Numbered from the stretch's first letter, positions 1 to 9,023 are shown. The stretch: 64,000 bases of DNA from an uncultured Acidobacteriota bacterium (GCA_963713825.1 CAVQNG010000003.1:864001-928000); one strand, 5' to 3'. Numbers and translations are program-made. Notes: generated by a model not told the origin, from the letters alone.

Positions 1-542
1 TAGCTGTGCACCGTATTGAAGAGGCCCTGTCGCAGGTCGAACGTGTCATCGAGAACCTTGACCATGGGAGCGAGGCAGTTGGTGGTGCAGGAGGCGCCGC
101 TGAGCAGATGGTGATGCTGCGGCTCGTAAGCTGCCTGGTTGATCCCCATGCACAGCGTCAGGTCCATGCCGTCGGCATTGGCGGAGACCACGACCTTCTT
201 CACCGGTCCTCGCCGGTGCGCCGCGGCCGAATCTCGGTCCAGACAAGCTCCGGTGGCATCGACGACGACTCTGGGTGCCAGATCGAGCCATGGGATACGG
301 TCCGGAGCGGATTCGTTGAAAACCGGGATGGACCGGCCATTGACCACAAGGGAGTCGGCGGTCGCTTCGATCGTGCCGTCGAAAGGCCCGTGAATGGTGT
401 CTCTTGCCAGCAGATTGGCGAGTTGGTGGGCCGGGGCCAGGTCGTTGACCGCTACGAGCTCGAGCTCGGGCCTGCGGACCGCAACACGCAGCAGCGCGCG
501 GCCGATGCGGCCTACTCCGTTGAGAGCGAAAGGGATGGACAT
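1..542 (-). CDS. gap: Type I glyceraldehyde-3-phosphate dehydrogenase family protein (3' part runs off the window)
   Basis: Absent from the ORF track. Manual minus-strand translation from ATG at 542 gives MSIPFALNGVGRIGR...VAVND...SGASCTTNCLAPMVKVLDDTF...NTVHS, with the NAD-binding GxGxxG and the catalytic ASCTTNCL motif. Confidence 0.92.
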   Translation of the reverse strand, partial: MSIPFALNGVGRIGRALLRVAVRRPELELVAVNDLAPAHQLANLLARDTIHGPFDGTIEATADSLVVNGRSIPVFNESAPDRIPWLDLAPRVVVDATGACLDRDSAAAHRRGPVKKVVVSANADGMDLTLCMGINQAAYEPQHHHLLSGASCTTNCLAPMVKVLDDTFDLRQGLFNTVHS

Positions 543-640
543 GATGGTATGCGGGCCGTTCGGCGAGAGTGGAATTCTATCAGCATCCCTCGCCGTCGAT
601 GGCAGCGGGAGCCGCCGATGCTAGGCTAGTCCCGGTACGG

Positions 641-1708
641 ATGAGCCTGACGAAACCAATCGCTCTGGGGATCGAGACCTCCTGCGACGACACGGCCTGC
701 GCTGTGGTGGATGGGGACGGCTGCGTTCTGTCTTCTGCGGTCTCGAGTCAACTCGAAGCGCATCGCCCGTTTGGCGGCGTGGTTCCCGAGATCGCCTCGC
801 GGCAACATCTCCGGAACTGGCCAGCGGTCAGCGCCGCCGCGCTGCAGGAAGCCGGTGTCGCGTTGAGTGACATGGACATCATCGCCGCCACCAAGGGTCC
901 GGGTCTCATTGGATCGCTTCTAGTGGGGCTCTCGTTGGGCAAGGCCATAGCCTACGCCCAGGGTAGCCGCTTTCATGCCGTCCACCACCTGGAAGGCCAC
1001 CTCTTCTCGCCGTTTCTGCGGGCCGCGGGCGAGAGGGCGGAGCGACCACCGGATGAGTTCATCGGCCTGGTGGTCTCGGGTGGTCACACCTCACTTTTCC
1101 GGGTGAAGGGTGAAGAGACGACGACGCTGGCCGAAACCCGGGACGATGCGATGGGAGAGGTGTTCGACAAGGTGGGCAAGCGGCTCGGACTCCCCTACCC
1201 ACAGGGGCCGCTGGTGGATGAGTTGGCACAGAGCGGTGATGACGCGGCCGTCCCGCTCGCCGTTGCGCGGTGCTCGGATGGGAGCCTCGATTTCTCCTAT
1301 TCGGGGCTCAAGAGCCAGACACTGGTCGAGATCCAGAAACTCGAGGCGGCCGGCATCGAGACGGGCCTGGGAGAGGCAACGGCCAGCGCCGTCCCGGGTC
1401 CAATCCTGGACGTGCTTGCCGGCTTTCGAAAGGCCGCCGTGGGACAGTTGGTAGAGCGTCTGGAAAGACTCCGAAAGCAGCAGTCAATCCGACAGCTCGC
1501 GGTGTCCGGAGGCGTCGCCGCAAACCGGTTGCTGAGACCCACGCTCGAGGCCTGGGCACGAGAGCGCGAAGTCGACTTGCGCCTGGTCTCACTCCAGTAC
1601 TCCGGGGACAATGCCGCCATGATCGCGCATGCGGCTCTGTTGCGGGACAAGCGGGGTTTGGCCGACGATCCGAGGGACGCCGATGCTGCCAGCCGTATTC
1701 CACTTTAG
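641..1708 (+). CDS. tsaD: tRNA N6-threonylcarbamoyladenosine synthesis protein TsaD
   Basis: LGIETSCDDT, GGVVPEIASRQH, HHLEGH, VSGGHT, TRDDAMGE, FSYSGLK, GGVAAN and DNAAMIA motifs. Start moved to the ATG at 641. Confidence 0.96.
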   Translation: MSLTKPIALGIETSCDDTACAVVDGDGCVLSSAVSSQLEAHRPFGGVVPEIASRQHLRNWPAVSAAALQEAGVALSDMDIIAATKGPGLIGSLLVGLSLGKAIAYAQGSRFHAVHHLEGHLFSPFLRAAGERAERPPDEFIGLVVSGGHTSLFRVKGEETTTLAETRDDAMGEVFDKVGKRLGLPYPQGPLVDELAQSGDDAAVPLAVARCSDGSLDFSYSGLKSQTLVEIQKLEAAGIETGLGEATASAVPGPILDVLAGFRKAAVGQLVERLERLRKQQSIRQLAVSGGVAANRLLRPTLEAWAREREVDLRLVSLQYSGDNAAMIAHAALLRDKRGLADDPRDADAASRIPL

Positions 1709-1727
1709 AAGCTGAGGAGGAACCCCG

Positions 1728-1883
1728 ATGCGTGCGACGGATCGCTGGCTGCTGGCCCTGTTGCTGGTGGTGATCGACTTGGTTATCTTCGCAGTTCCCC
1801 TGACCGGCCTTTTTGCCGCTTACATCCTCTTGGTCCGCCCGCCCTGGTTTCGAGCCTGGGTCGAGGATCTCTATCGCAGTTGA
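1728..1883 (+). CDS. Small 51-aa membrane protein
   Basis: Below the ORF-track cutoff. GAGGAGG at 1714-1720 precedes ATG. Product MRATDRWLLALLLVVIDLVIFAVPLTGLFAAYILLVRPPWFRAWVEDLYRS has a hydrophobic hairpin. Confidence 0.7.
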   Translation: MRATDRWLLALLLVVIDLVIFAVPLTGLFAAYILLVRPPWFRAWVEDLYRS

Positions 1884-1903
1884 GTCTATAGGTTGCCCAG
1901 GGA

Positions 1904-1956
1904 GTAGTTTTCCTGCGACTTACGCTTGACTTTCGCCTTTTTGAATGGAAAACTAC
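1904..1956 (+). promoter_or_regulatory. Putative sigma70 promoter bracketed by a 10-bp inverted repeat
   Basis: GTAGTTTTCC (1904-1913) and GGAAAACTAC (1947-1956) are exact reverse complements. TTGACT at 1926-1931 is followed 17 bp later by AAAACT. Confidence 0.45.
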
Positions 1957-2089
1957 CTACTGTTGGCGCGTATCTTGCTCTTACTCTTGGCTGGGAAAGA
2001 AATGAGCGACGAACCCTGTAACAGAACGATTCACCCGGAGACTACGTATAGATGTGTAGGAGGGAGTTGCCAGGAGGCGTGAGGCCATC

Positions 2090-2359
2090 ATGAAACAGAC
2101 GCAGCGGCACCGCAGAAGCAGATCCCGCAAGCGAGCGGCCAGGCTCGGTCGTTCGACGGCCCCCGACGTCCGGCCCTGGCATCGGCCGACGTTCGGTGAG
2201 TTCCTCGACCAGTTGGAGCACGAGTTCGGTGGCAGGCTGGATACCAGCGTGTTGCTCCTGGCGGGTCTGGGTCGCAGTGAGCGGCTGGCGCCCTCTGATA
2301 TCGAAGCCCTCTGCTCGCAGATTGGACTACCCGCCGAGGATTTTGGCGTCGGACCCTAG
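2090..2359 (+). CDS. Hypothetical 89-aa protein with a basic N-terminus
   Basis: AGGAGG upstream; fills the intergenic gap; the C-terminal half looks helical and protein-like. Confidence 0.55.
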   Translation: MKQTQRHRRSRSRKRAARLGRSTAPDVRPWHRPTFGEFLDQLEHEFGGRLDTSVLLLAGLGRSERLAPSDIEALCSQIGLPAEDFGVGP

Positions 2360-2377
2360 CTCACAGTCGCCGTGCAG

Positions 2378-3220
2378 TCATTCGAGGTGCAGGCTGAAGA
2401 AGGCCAGGGTTTTGGCCCAGGCATCCTCGGCAGCCGTCTCGTTGTAGTGAGTTCCCGAAGGATTCGCGAAGGCGTGGTCGGCGTCCTCGTAGATGTGGAT
2501 GGTGGCCTCTTTGTCGAGGGCCCCCAGTGCCGCTTGGAACTCCTTGACTGTCGCCACCGGAATTCCGTCGTCAAGAGCACCAAAGATCCCCAGAACCGGG
2601 CTCGAAAGAGCCTCCAGCTCTGCCGTATCAGTCGTCAGCCGCCCGTAGTAGATCACCGCTGCATCGACTTGGTCGGGGAAGGCGAGGGCGGTTCGCAGGG
2701 ACCAGCCACCACCGAAGCACCACCCAATGACCCCAATCCGCTCGACACCAGCGCTTCGCAGGTGCTCGATGGCCTGGTGTAGGTTGTCGAGGATCTGTTC
2801 CGTGCGCTCACCGCTACCGCGAGCCAGTCGACTCGCTTCGGTCCGGTCCGCGGCCACTTCGCCCTCGTAGAGATCCACGGCCAACGCCAGATAGCCGGCC
2901 CCCGCCAGGCGTCGGGCCATCGCTTTGACGTTGTCATTGAGTCCCCACCACTCGTGAATGACCACCAGTCCCGCTTCTGGGTGCACACCTTTCGGATGGG
3001 CTACATAGCCGACGATGTCCTTGCCGTCGATCCCGGCATAGGTCCCCTCCTGGGCGACGATCTCGATCTCGGGGTCCACTTGTGAGGCGGGACTGGCGAT
3101 CGGCTCATCGGTGGCGTGCTCCTTTTCCATCTTGGAGACGTACTCCTCGTTGCTCTGCTGTGCTACGCAGAGAGAAGAGACGGCGGCGAGGATCAGCACC
3201 CAGAGAGTGAATCTGTACAT
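2378..3220 (-). CDS. Dienelactone hydrolase family protein with signal peptide
   Basis: VIHEWWGLN, GWCFGG nucleophile and DADHAFAN motifs. Start MYRFTLW at 3220 with AGGAG RBS. Confidence 0.92.
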   Translation of the reverse strand: MYRFTLWVLILAAVSSLCVAQQSNEEYVSKMEKEHATDEPIASPASQVDPEIEIVAQEGTYAGIDGKDIVGYVAHPKGVHPEAGLVVIHEWWGLNDNVKAMARRLAGAGYLALAVDLYEGEVAADRTEASRLARGSGERTEQILDNLHQAIEHLRSAGVERIGVIGWCFGGGWSLRTALAFPDQVDAAVIYYGRLTTDTAELEALSSPVLGIFGALDDGIPVATVKEFQAALGALDKEATIHIYEDADHAFANPSGTHYNETAAEDAWAKTLAFFSLHLE

Positions 3221-3280
3221 CGGAGACTCCTTACAAGAGTGGGTTGAGGAATCGACAGTATCACTCTGGCAGTAGAGGAC

Positions 3281-3306
3281 GTGAGGGAGAGCCTTGCGCC
3301 CTCCCG
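3281..3306 (+). repeat. Degenerate GTAG-type REP hairpin
   Basis: GTGAGGGAGAGCCTTGCGCCCTCCCG resembles the copy at 11958-11983. Confidence 0.6.
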
Positions 3307-3369
3307 TTCCGTCTTCTTGCCACGGCGGTTCGTCGACAGGCCCTGGAAAGAGATCGCTGGACGGTGCAG

Positions 3370-4053
3370 CTAGTCGAGCGCCACGCCGACGTCGCCGATC
3401 CTGAGGTGGGCTGTGATGTGAGCATCGCCATCGCCCGCATCCCACTGGGCCCTTGCCCCCAGGAGCTTGTGGCGAACGGTCGGGACGTCCACATCCTCGC
3501 CGCGAATCCCGGCGTCGCCGATGCCAACGCTCAGGTTCACAGAGGAGACCTGCTTCTCGGGTACGTGGATCTTCAGATCGCCGATCCGCATTCCGACGTC
3601 CAGGTCGGCCTCGCCCGAAACGTCGATGTTCAGATCGCCGATCCCCATGCGAACCTCGAGTGGTGCCCAGCGCGGCACGACGATTCGTCCCTCGACCTCG
3701 AGTTTGCGCATCCTGCGGAGCGATAGACCCGCGAGTCGAATGGAGACCTGCTCGCCCGTCGTTTCCGCTACGAGCTGGAGATCGTTGCGATAGGACTCGC
3801 ATCGCTCGGCCGAGAGACGTCGGCAGCGCACCCTCAACTCGGTACTCACCTGGCCGACATCGGCAGCGGAAATCTCCAACTCTCCGACGCTGAAGTTCAC
3901 GAGCACAGCCTGACCGAAGTCCACCGGAACCAGCAAGGGTGCCTCGCCCGTGACGGTGATGACGTCGCGAAAGGTCGGCGAGGTGGAATCACTGGCGTCA
4001 AGGGCTGCAGGAAGAACAAGGCACAGAAGTGCCGCAAGAACGGGTCGGCGCAT
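3370..4053 (-). CDS. Secreted adhesin-like/DUF4097-like beta-solenoid protein
   Basis: Signal peptide and repeated (M/V/L)(G/R)IGD(L/A/V)xI units typical of DUF4097/LiaG-like proteins. Confidence 0.65.
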   Translation of the reverse strand: MRRPVLAALLCLVLPAALDASDSTSPTFRDVITVTGEAPLLVPVDFGQAVLVNFSVGELEISAADVGQVSTELRVRCRRLSAERCESYRNDLQLVAETTGEQVSIRLAGLSLRRMRKLEVEGRIVVPRWAPLEVRMGIGDLNIDVSGEADLDVGMRIGDLKIHVPEKQVSSVNLSVGIGDAGIRGEDVDVPTVRHKLLGARAQWDAGDGDAHITAHLRIGDVGVALD

Positions 4054-4077
4054 GGGTGGATTCCTTTCACCCATGCC

Positions 4078-4105
4078 CTACGGGAGGAACGGCTCTTTTG
4101 TTACA
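4078..4105 (-). promoter_or_regulatory. ECF-sigma-type promoter TGTAAC-N17-CGTAG
   Basis: Same -35 and spacing as the promoter in front of the ECF gene (30741-30768); lies about 25 bp upstream of the 4053 start. Confidence 0.6.
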
Positions 4106-4320
4106 GGCCGTTGCTATTCAGAACCTGAACCCGAATCGGTCAGGGCGCTTCGACAGATCTCCGCGAAGGCCTCGAAACCGAAGCGTTCGCTGAGCTCGAG
4201 GGCCTCGCGCCGGAGGTCCCCCGCAGCCGTTGCGTCTCCTTCGGCTGCGCTCATCTCCGCCAACAGGAGCAGGCACGGGGTAACTCCCCAGGCCGTCTCC
4301 AGAGATCTCCAGAACAGCTA

Positions 4321-5202
4321 CTACGTCTCGAGCCCTGCCGCTTGAGTCGCGGTGGCTTCCCAGGCCAACATGGCTTGCTTGCGGGGCAGGCCCCAGCGGT
4401 AGCCGCCGAGCCCAGCCGCCGATTGAATCACCCGGTGGCACGGGATCAGATAGGAGATGGGGTTCCAGCCCACGGCTTGTCCAACCGCACGGGAAGCTCC
4501 AGGTCGGTCGAGATGTTTGGCGAGCGCACCGTAGGAGGTCAGGTATCCCGGTGGAATCTGGAGCAGGGCCTGCCAGACCTGGAGCTGGAAGTTGGTTCCC
4601 TTGATGAGCAGGGTGAACGGTCCACGGGGGCCAACCCCGGGCTCGGGAAAGAGCTTCTCCAGATATGGGGCTGTGCCGCTGGGATCTTCCTCGAGATCCG
4701 CTCCGGGCCAGCGCCGTATCAACTCCTCCTCGATCTCTGCCGGCGATCGCGCGGTGAGGAACTCGAGGGCGCAGAGGCCTCGGTCGGTCACGCCGAGGAC
4801 ACACTCGCCGAAGGGGCTGGGATGGACTCCCCAGCGCACCTGGAGGTCAGCACCACCCTGTTTGTACTCGCCCGGTGTTATCGCCTCCACGGTGACCATG
4901 AGGTCGTGCAGACGACTGCCGCCGGAGAGACCCGCATCCCAGGCCGCCTCCATGACGCTGGTCGACTCCCGAAGGCGATCCTTGGCGTACTCCACGGTCA
5001 GATACTGGAGAAAGCGCTTCGGCGTGGTGCCGACCCAACGGCCGAAGAGCCGGTGGAAGTGGTGAGGGCTCAAGCCTGTGGCCGCAGCGACATCGTCCAG
5101 ATTCGGCTGCAGCTGGAAGTTCTCCTCGAGATAGCGAATGGCGACCTCGATGCGTTCATAGTCCCGAGAAGCCGACGACAGGTGGCGATCGATCTCTTGC
5201 AT
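4321..5202 (-). CDS. AraC-HTH / methylated-DNA-protein-cysteine methyltransferase (Ada/Ogt-like, lacking the Zn domain)
   Basis: LSPHHFHRLFGRWVGTTPKRF HTH, GTNFQLQVWQAL, active-site IPCHRV and GGYRWG. Confidence 0.93.
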   Translation of the reverse strand: MQEIDRHLSSASRDYERIEVAIRYLEENFQLQPNLDDVAAATGLSPHHFHRLFGRWVGTTPKRFLQYLTVEYAKDRLRESTSVMEAAWDAGLSGGSRLHDLMVTVEAITPGEYKQGGADLQVRWGVHPSPFGECVLGVTDRGLCALEFLTARSPAEIEEELIRRWPGADLEEDPSGTAPYLEKLFPEPGVGPRGPFTLLIKGTNFQLQVWQALLQIPPGYLTSYGALAKHLDRPGASRAVGQAVGWNPISYLIPCHRVIQSAAGLGGYRWGLPRKQAMLAWEATATQAAGLET

Positions 5203-5249
5203 GGTCGAAAACTACCCGCCGCGGAGCCCACCGGCAACCCGAATCTTGC
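5203..5249 (-). promoter_or_regulatory. Leaderless promoter with a putative Ada-type operator
   Basis: Minus-strand TAGTTT lies 6 nt before the ATG. GCAAGATTCGGGT (5237-5249) sits at the -35 position, where AraC/Ada activators bind. Confidence 0.45.
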
Positions 5250-5278
5250 TGTCGGGGGCGAGGCAGAGAACGGCAGAT

Positions 5279-6046
5279 TCAGGGCGACAGGATCTCCAAC
5301 GAGACAAGGGTGTCCGTACCGAGATAGCGATCCTCGGCATTCGTATACCAGGCTCGGGCCTTGGGGAGGCGTAGGCCGCCGACCTCGACCTCGCCCTCGA
5401 GGGTGATGTATTCACCATCGCTCTTGGCCTCGTCGTGGAAGAAGCGGTAACCGGCCAAGGCATGCGACTCGGTGTCCAGGTAGAAATACCAGATGTCCGA
5501 GCCCACTGCCTCTTCGTAGGTGACTCGCACAGCCTGGACGGAGCGGTCCTGGTAGGTGGTCTCCAACACGTCGGGATCCAAAATCGTTCCCGCATCGTAG
5601 AGTTTCATCGGCAAACCCCAGAGATACGCGTAGTAATTTCGCAGCCACTCCAGGCGGTCGCAGGTCAGTCGGTACTTCTCCTGCTCCTCTCCACTGAATT
5701 GGGTGGAGCCGTTGAGGCGCATCTCGCAGCCCTCAGGGTCGAGCTCGCCGTCGATCTGGGCGCCCTCGCGCTGCGTCGCGATCTCGAAGCGATCACCAGC
5801 GTTATCGATGAGAAGGGTTGTCTGGCGAGATGGTCCGTCGGGCCGGGTCTCCTCCAAGTGAAGGCGAAAGACACCGTTTTGCCAGAGACCCTGTGGATCG
5901 TGAAAGTCGATCGCTTGTTGGACCAGCCTGGAGGAGAGAGCCGAGTCGGCCAGGGTTGGCCCAGCAGCGAGGGTCGAGATCAAGACTCCTGCACAAAGGG
6001 CCAATGCACAAAGGGTGAGCGACGGAACGAGGAGAGATCGTTTCAT
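5279..6046 (-). CDS. Secreted protein, DUF6503-like
   Basis: Signal peptide; YHDP-like 'FHDPQGLW', NYYAYLWGLPMKL, VGSDIWYFY and PKARAWY motifs. Confidence 0.7.
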   Translation of the reverse strand: MKRSLLVPSLTLCALALCAGVLISTLAAGPTLADSALSSRLVQQAIDFHDPQGLWQNGVFRLHLEETRPDGPSRQTTLLIDNAGDRFEIATQREGAQIDGELDPEGCEMRLNGSTQFSGEEQEKYRLTCDRLEWLRNYYAYLWGLPMKLYDAGTILDPDVLETTYQDRSVQAVRVTYEEAVGSDIWYFYLDTESHALAGYRFFHDEAKSDGEYITLEGEVEVGGLRLPKARAWYTNAEDRYLGTDTLVSLEILSP

Positions 6047-6056
6047 TGTCAGGTCC

Positions 6057-7001
6057 TCAGTTGAGCGGTCCGGGTGGGAGGTCGCCGGGTAGCGGCGAGC
6101 CAACCTCGTCTTCGAGACGCCTATCCTGCTCCTCCCACTGCTCGATCTGTGCTTCGTCGAGGGCGCGGCGTCGCCGGAAGGCCACCAGCGCGAGCAGGGA
6201 GATCACCACCCAGAGCGCCATCGAGCTGGAGAGAATCGGTACCCAGCGATACCAGAGAGAGTGATACTCCCAGAAATAGCTCTCGGCTTGCTCCAGGCTG
6301 GCACCGACAGCTCTTTGGAAGGCCTCCGGGAAGGGCAGACCGAGAGAGACTCCGGACAGGATCGCTGCAGCCGAGTCTGGACCACGCTTGCGTACGAGAT
6401 CGTGGACGAAGGCGCCGGAGATGGCGTAGGCACGAGTGGCGGCACCCCGGTCGCTGTTGAAGCGACCCTCCAACTCGGCCAACGGCATCTCCTTCTCCCA
6501 GAGCATCGCCCAGGTGAGACGGGACCGATCCTCGAGCTGCCACGGGCGGCCGATGAACAAGGCCAGCCCTTCATCCAGCCACCGGGGAACAGCTCGCCCG
6601 CCAGCGGCGCGGGCCGTCAGAATGTGGCTGACCTCGTGCAGCACCAGGTCTTCGAAATTGGAGTCCGGATAGGCCGGGCTGCGTTCGGGAAAGAGAACGG
6701 CCACGCCAAGATTGGAGTAGGCGAAGCCGGCAATCCACGCCGGCGTGTTCTGGGCTACGGTCGAATCCTCTCCGGCCAGGGTCAAACGGATGGGTGGCCC
6801 CGGTCTGCGAAGACCGAGAACGCGCATGACATGTGCGAGTCGTTGCGGGTCCAGGTCCCGGATGCGGGCCGCATGGGCCGGGAAGTCGTTGGGGGACTCG
6901 ACGACGAGCTCAGGGATAGCCGTCTCCTGGGCCGCGACTGCTGATCGAGAGCAGCCGACGAGCAGAGCGAGAATGGTCAGCAGAAGACGAAGTCGATGCA
7001 T
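6057..7001 (-). CDS. Peptidase MA-like zinc metallopeptidase, membrane anchored
   Basis: HEVSH (HExxH) followed by PRWLDEGLA; N-terminal signal/lipobox and C-terminal transmembrane helix. Confidence 0.82.
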   Translation of the reverse strand: MHRLRLLLTILALLVGCSRSAVAAQETAIPELVVESPNDFPAHAARIRDLDPQRLAHVMRVLGLRRPGPPIRLTLAGEDSTVAQNTPAWIAGFAYSNLGVAVLFPERSPAYPDSNFEDLVLHEVSHILTARAAGGRAVPRWLDEGLALFIGRPWQLEDRSRLTWAMLWEKEMPLAELEGRFNSDRGAATRAYAISGAFVHDLVRKRGPDSAAAILSGVSLGLPFPEAFQRAVGASLEQAESYFWEYHSLWYRWVPILSSSMALWVVISLLALVAFRRRRALDEAQIEQWEEQDRRLEDEVGSPLPGDLPPGPLN

Positions 7002-7042
7002 CTTGCCCAGACATCATAGTCCGGCAGGGATTTCAAACGCAG

Positions 7043-7076
7043 GTCACCCATCTCCCCCGTGAGGGAGATGGGTGAC
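7043..7076 (-). terminator. 14-bp perfect hairpin, probable terminator of the 7115-7768 gene
   Basis: GTCACCCATCTCCC-ccgtga-GGGAGATGGGTGAC, about 40 bp downstream of the stop; the U-tract is weak. Confidence 0.55.
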
Positions 7077-7114
7077 AACACGTTGGGTTTCGAGTCAGAG
7101 GAGCCGACGATTCG

Positions 7115-7768
7115 TCAGGCCGGGGGCTGGATGGAATCGATCAGCGCGCGGAAGGCCTCGGCGTTCTCGTCGACCGTCGCCGCGGGGCCGGTGAACTTGA
7201 AGAACCAGTTCGAGTCCGGTCCCTCGACCACCGCGCCCAGGAGCTTGTAGTCCGGCATGGTCTGGGCCGGTGCACCGGTCATCATCCCGCCACTGCTGTA
7301 GGTGCCGCCGACCTTGATCAGCAGCGTGTCGAGACCATTGGCGACGACCTCTTCGGTCTCCATGGCTTCGATCGAGGCACTGCCATCGGGCTGTGTGAAC
7401 TGACCGGCCCAGCGCTCGGCGTTGGCCATGGGGCCACCACCCTGACCAACACCGAAGTAGTAGACGACGCACTCGCCGTCGCCACCGGCTCCGGGGACCC
7501 GGTACTGCGACTGACGCATGGCGTTGGCCGGCGGCTCCTGGGTCCAACCTTCGGGCGCGGTCCATGCCAAGACGTTGCCTTCGGTGACCACGGGCGTCGG
7601 CATCATGGACGTCGGGTCGGGCTGCTGGACCGGCGGATGGCCAGCGGGCATCTCTTCAGCCGTCGGTGCCGGCTGCTGTTCTGCGGTTTCCTGCTGATTG
7701 CCACAGGCGACAGCACCCACCACAACGAAGGCGGCGAGGAGCAGCGCGAGATTTCGTAGAGTCGTCAT
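7115..7768 (-). CDS. Lipoprotein of unknown function with a PAGHPP motif
   Basis: Lipobox AVAC, AGGAG RBS, and motifs WTAPEGW, GGPMANAERWAGQF and WFFKFTGP. Confidence 0.78.
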   Translation of the reverse strand: MTTLRNLALLLAAFVVVGAVACGNQQETAEQQPAPTAEEMPAGHPPVQQPDPTSMMPTPVVTEGNVLAWTAPEGWTQEPPANAMRQSQYRVPGAGGDGECVVYYFGVGQGGGPMANAERWAGQFTQPDGSASIEAMETEEVVANGLDTLLIKVGGTYSSGGMMTGAPAQTMPDYKLLGAVVEGPDSNWFFKFTGPAATVDENAEAFRALIDSIQPPA

Positions 7769-8019
7769 TCTTGAATCTCCTTAGCTTTGTTCTTGGCGTT
7801 GAGAGTGCTGGCCAACGGTCGATCGTAGTCAGCCGAATCTGCCCGAGTGCGGCAGGTCGGCGAAGTCTAGCCGATGTTGAGGATTTTAGTATCTTTCCGC
7901 GTCGCGGCATACCAATGCCGCAGATTGACGTCGATGCAGGGCTATGGCACCCTGACCAGAGAAAACCGGGTTGCTACCGGGAGAGAGGGAAGCTCGTCGG
8001 TAGCGGAGAGGGTCTCGTC

Positions 8020-8790
8020 ATGCGGCACGTTGTCTTCAATAGCAAGGGAGGGGTCGGCAAGTCCTCCATCGTCTGTAATCTGGCTGCAGTGAGCGCGGCC
8101 GAAGGGAAGCGGACCCTGGTGGTAGACCTCGATCCGCAAGCCAATTCCACACACTATCTGCTCGGCTCTCGCGGCCCAGAGGCCAAGCCGAATCTGACTG
8201 ACTTCTTCGAAGAGTCCCTGGGTCTTCGGCTTCTGACCTCCGAGGCCGCCACCTGGGTCCACCCGACACCCTTCGACCAGCTGTCGATCATCCCTTCCGA
8301 TATCGGCTTGGCCGAGCTGCAGCCGAAGCTCGAATCGCGATTCAAGATCTACAAGCTGCGCAAGCTGCTGGATCGACTCGACGAGTTCGACGTCGTTTTC
8401 CTGGATACCCCGCCGGCTCTCAACTTCTTCACCACGTCTGCTCTCATCAGTGCCGATGGCTGTCTTATCCCGTTCGACTGCGACGAGTTCTCCCGCCGAG
8501 CCCTGATGCATCTCCTCGAGGCGGTCGAGGAGATCCGTGAGGACCACAATCCGCAGCTCGAAGTGCGAGGCATCATCGTCAACCTCTTCCAGATGCGGGC
8601 CCGCTTGCCTCAGCAGTTGGTGGATCAGCTGTTGGACGAGAATCTGCCGGTTCTGGAGCCCTACATCACGGCCTCGGTAAAGATGCGGGAATCGCACGAA
8701 GCTCATCGTCCGCTGATCGATCTGGCCCCGAGCCACAAACTGAGCCAACAGTTCCGCGAGCTCTATCGGGCCCTGGCCCCCGAGGGTTGA
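8020..8790 (+). CDS. ParA/Soj family ATPase (orphan)
   Basis: NSKGGVGKSS deviant Walker A, DLDPQAN and LDTPPAL; no parB nearby. Confidence 0.9.
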   Translation: MRHVVFNSKGGVGKSSIVCNLAAVSAAEGKRTLVVDLDPQANSTHYLLGSRGPEAKPNLTDFFEESLGLRLLTSEAATWVHPTPFDQLSIIPSDIGLAELQPKLESRFKIYKLRKLLDRLDEFDVVFLDTPPALNFFTTSALISADGCLIPFDCDEFSRRALMHLLEAVEEIREDHNPQLEVRGIIVNLFQMRARLPQQLVDQLLDENLPVLEPYITASVKMRESHEAHRPLIDLAPSHKLSQQFRELYRALAPEG

Positions 8791-8930
8791 GGCGGCCGTC
8801 GTTCCTCCTGCCGGTCCTTGAGGGCTTGGGGGTTGAGGAGCCCGTCGTCCCTCCGGCCTACCTTTGAGGCAGTGGGGCCCCCCTCCCATTCCTCTAGTGC
8901 CCCTACTGCCCTAAGCCCCTATTGCCTTCA
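8784..8930 (+). repeat. Composite intergenic repeat: doublet of a 46-bp palindromic unit plus 8-nt periodic repeats
   Basis: Units starting GGGTTGAGG at 8784 and 8830; homologous to 11852-11940 and 63548-63632. Confidence 0.7.
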
Positions 8931-9023
8931 ACGGACCCCTTTCACCAATGTAAATCGGCCAAGGATGCACCTCTGCTGTGGTTTGGCTATGCTTGAAGGG
9001 CCGAAACCTCAGGAGGACGGGCC

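Noticed and set aside
7790-8010. Riboswitch or CIRCE element in the hairpin-rich divergent spacer before parA
   Set aside because: Short hairpins and a GAGTGCT half-site are present, but I could not recognise a complete known consensus.
8020-8790. parA as evidence of a plasmid or replication origin
   Set aside because: No parB, parS, rep or dnaA is nearby and the flanks are chromosomal housekeeping genes; orphan ParA proteins are common.
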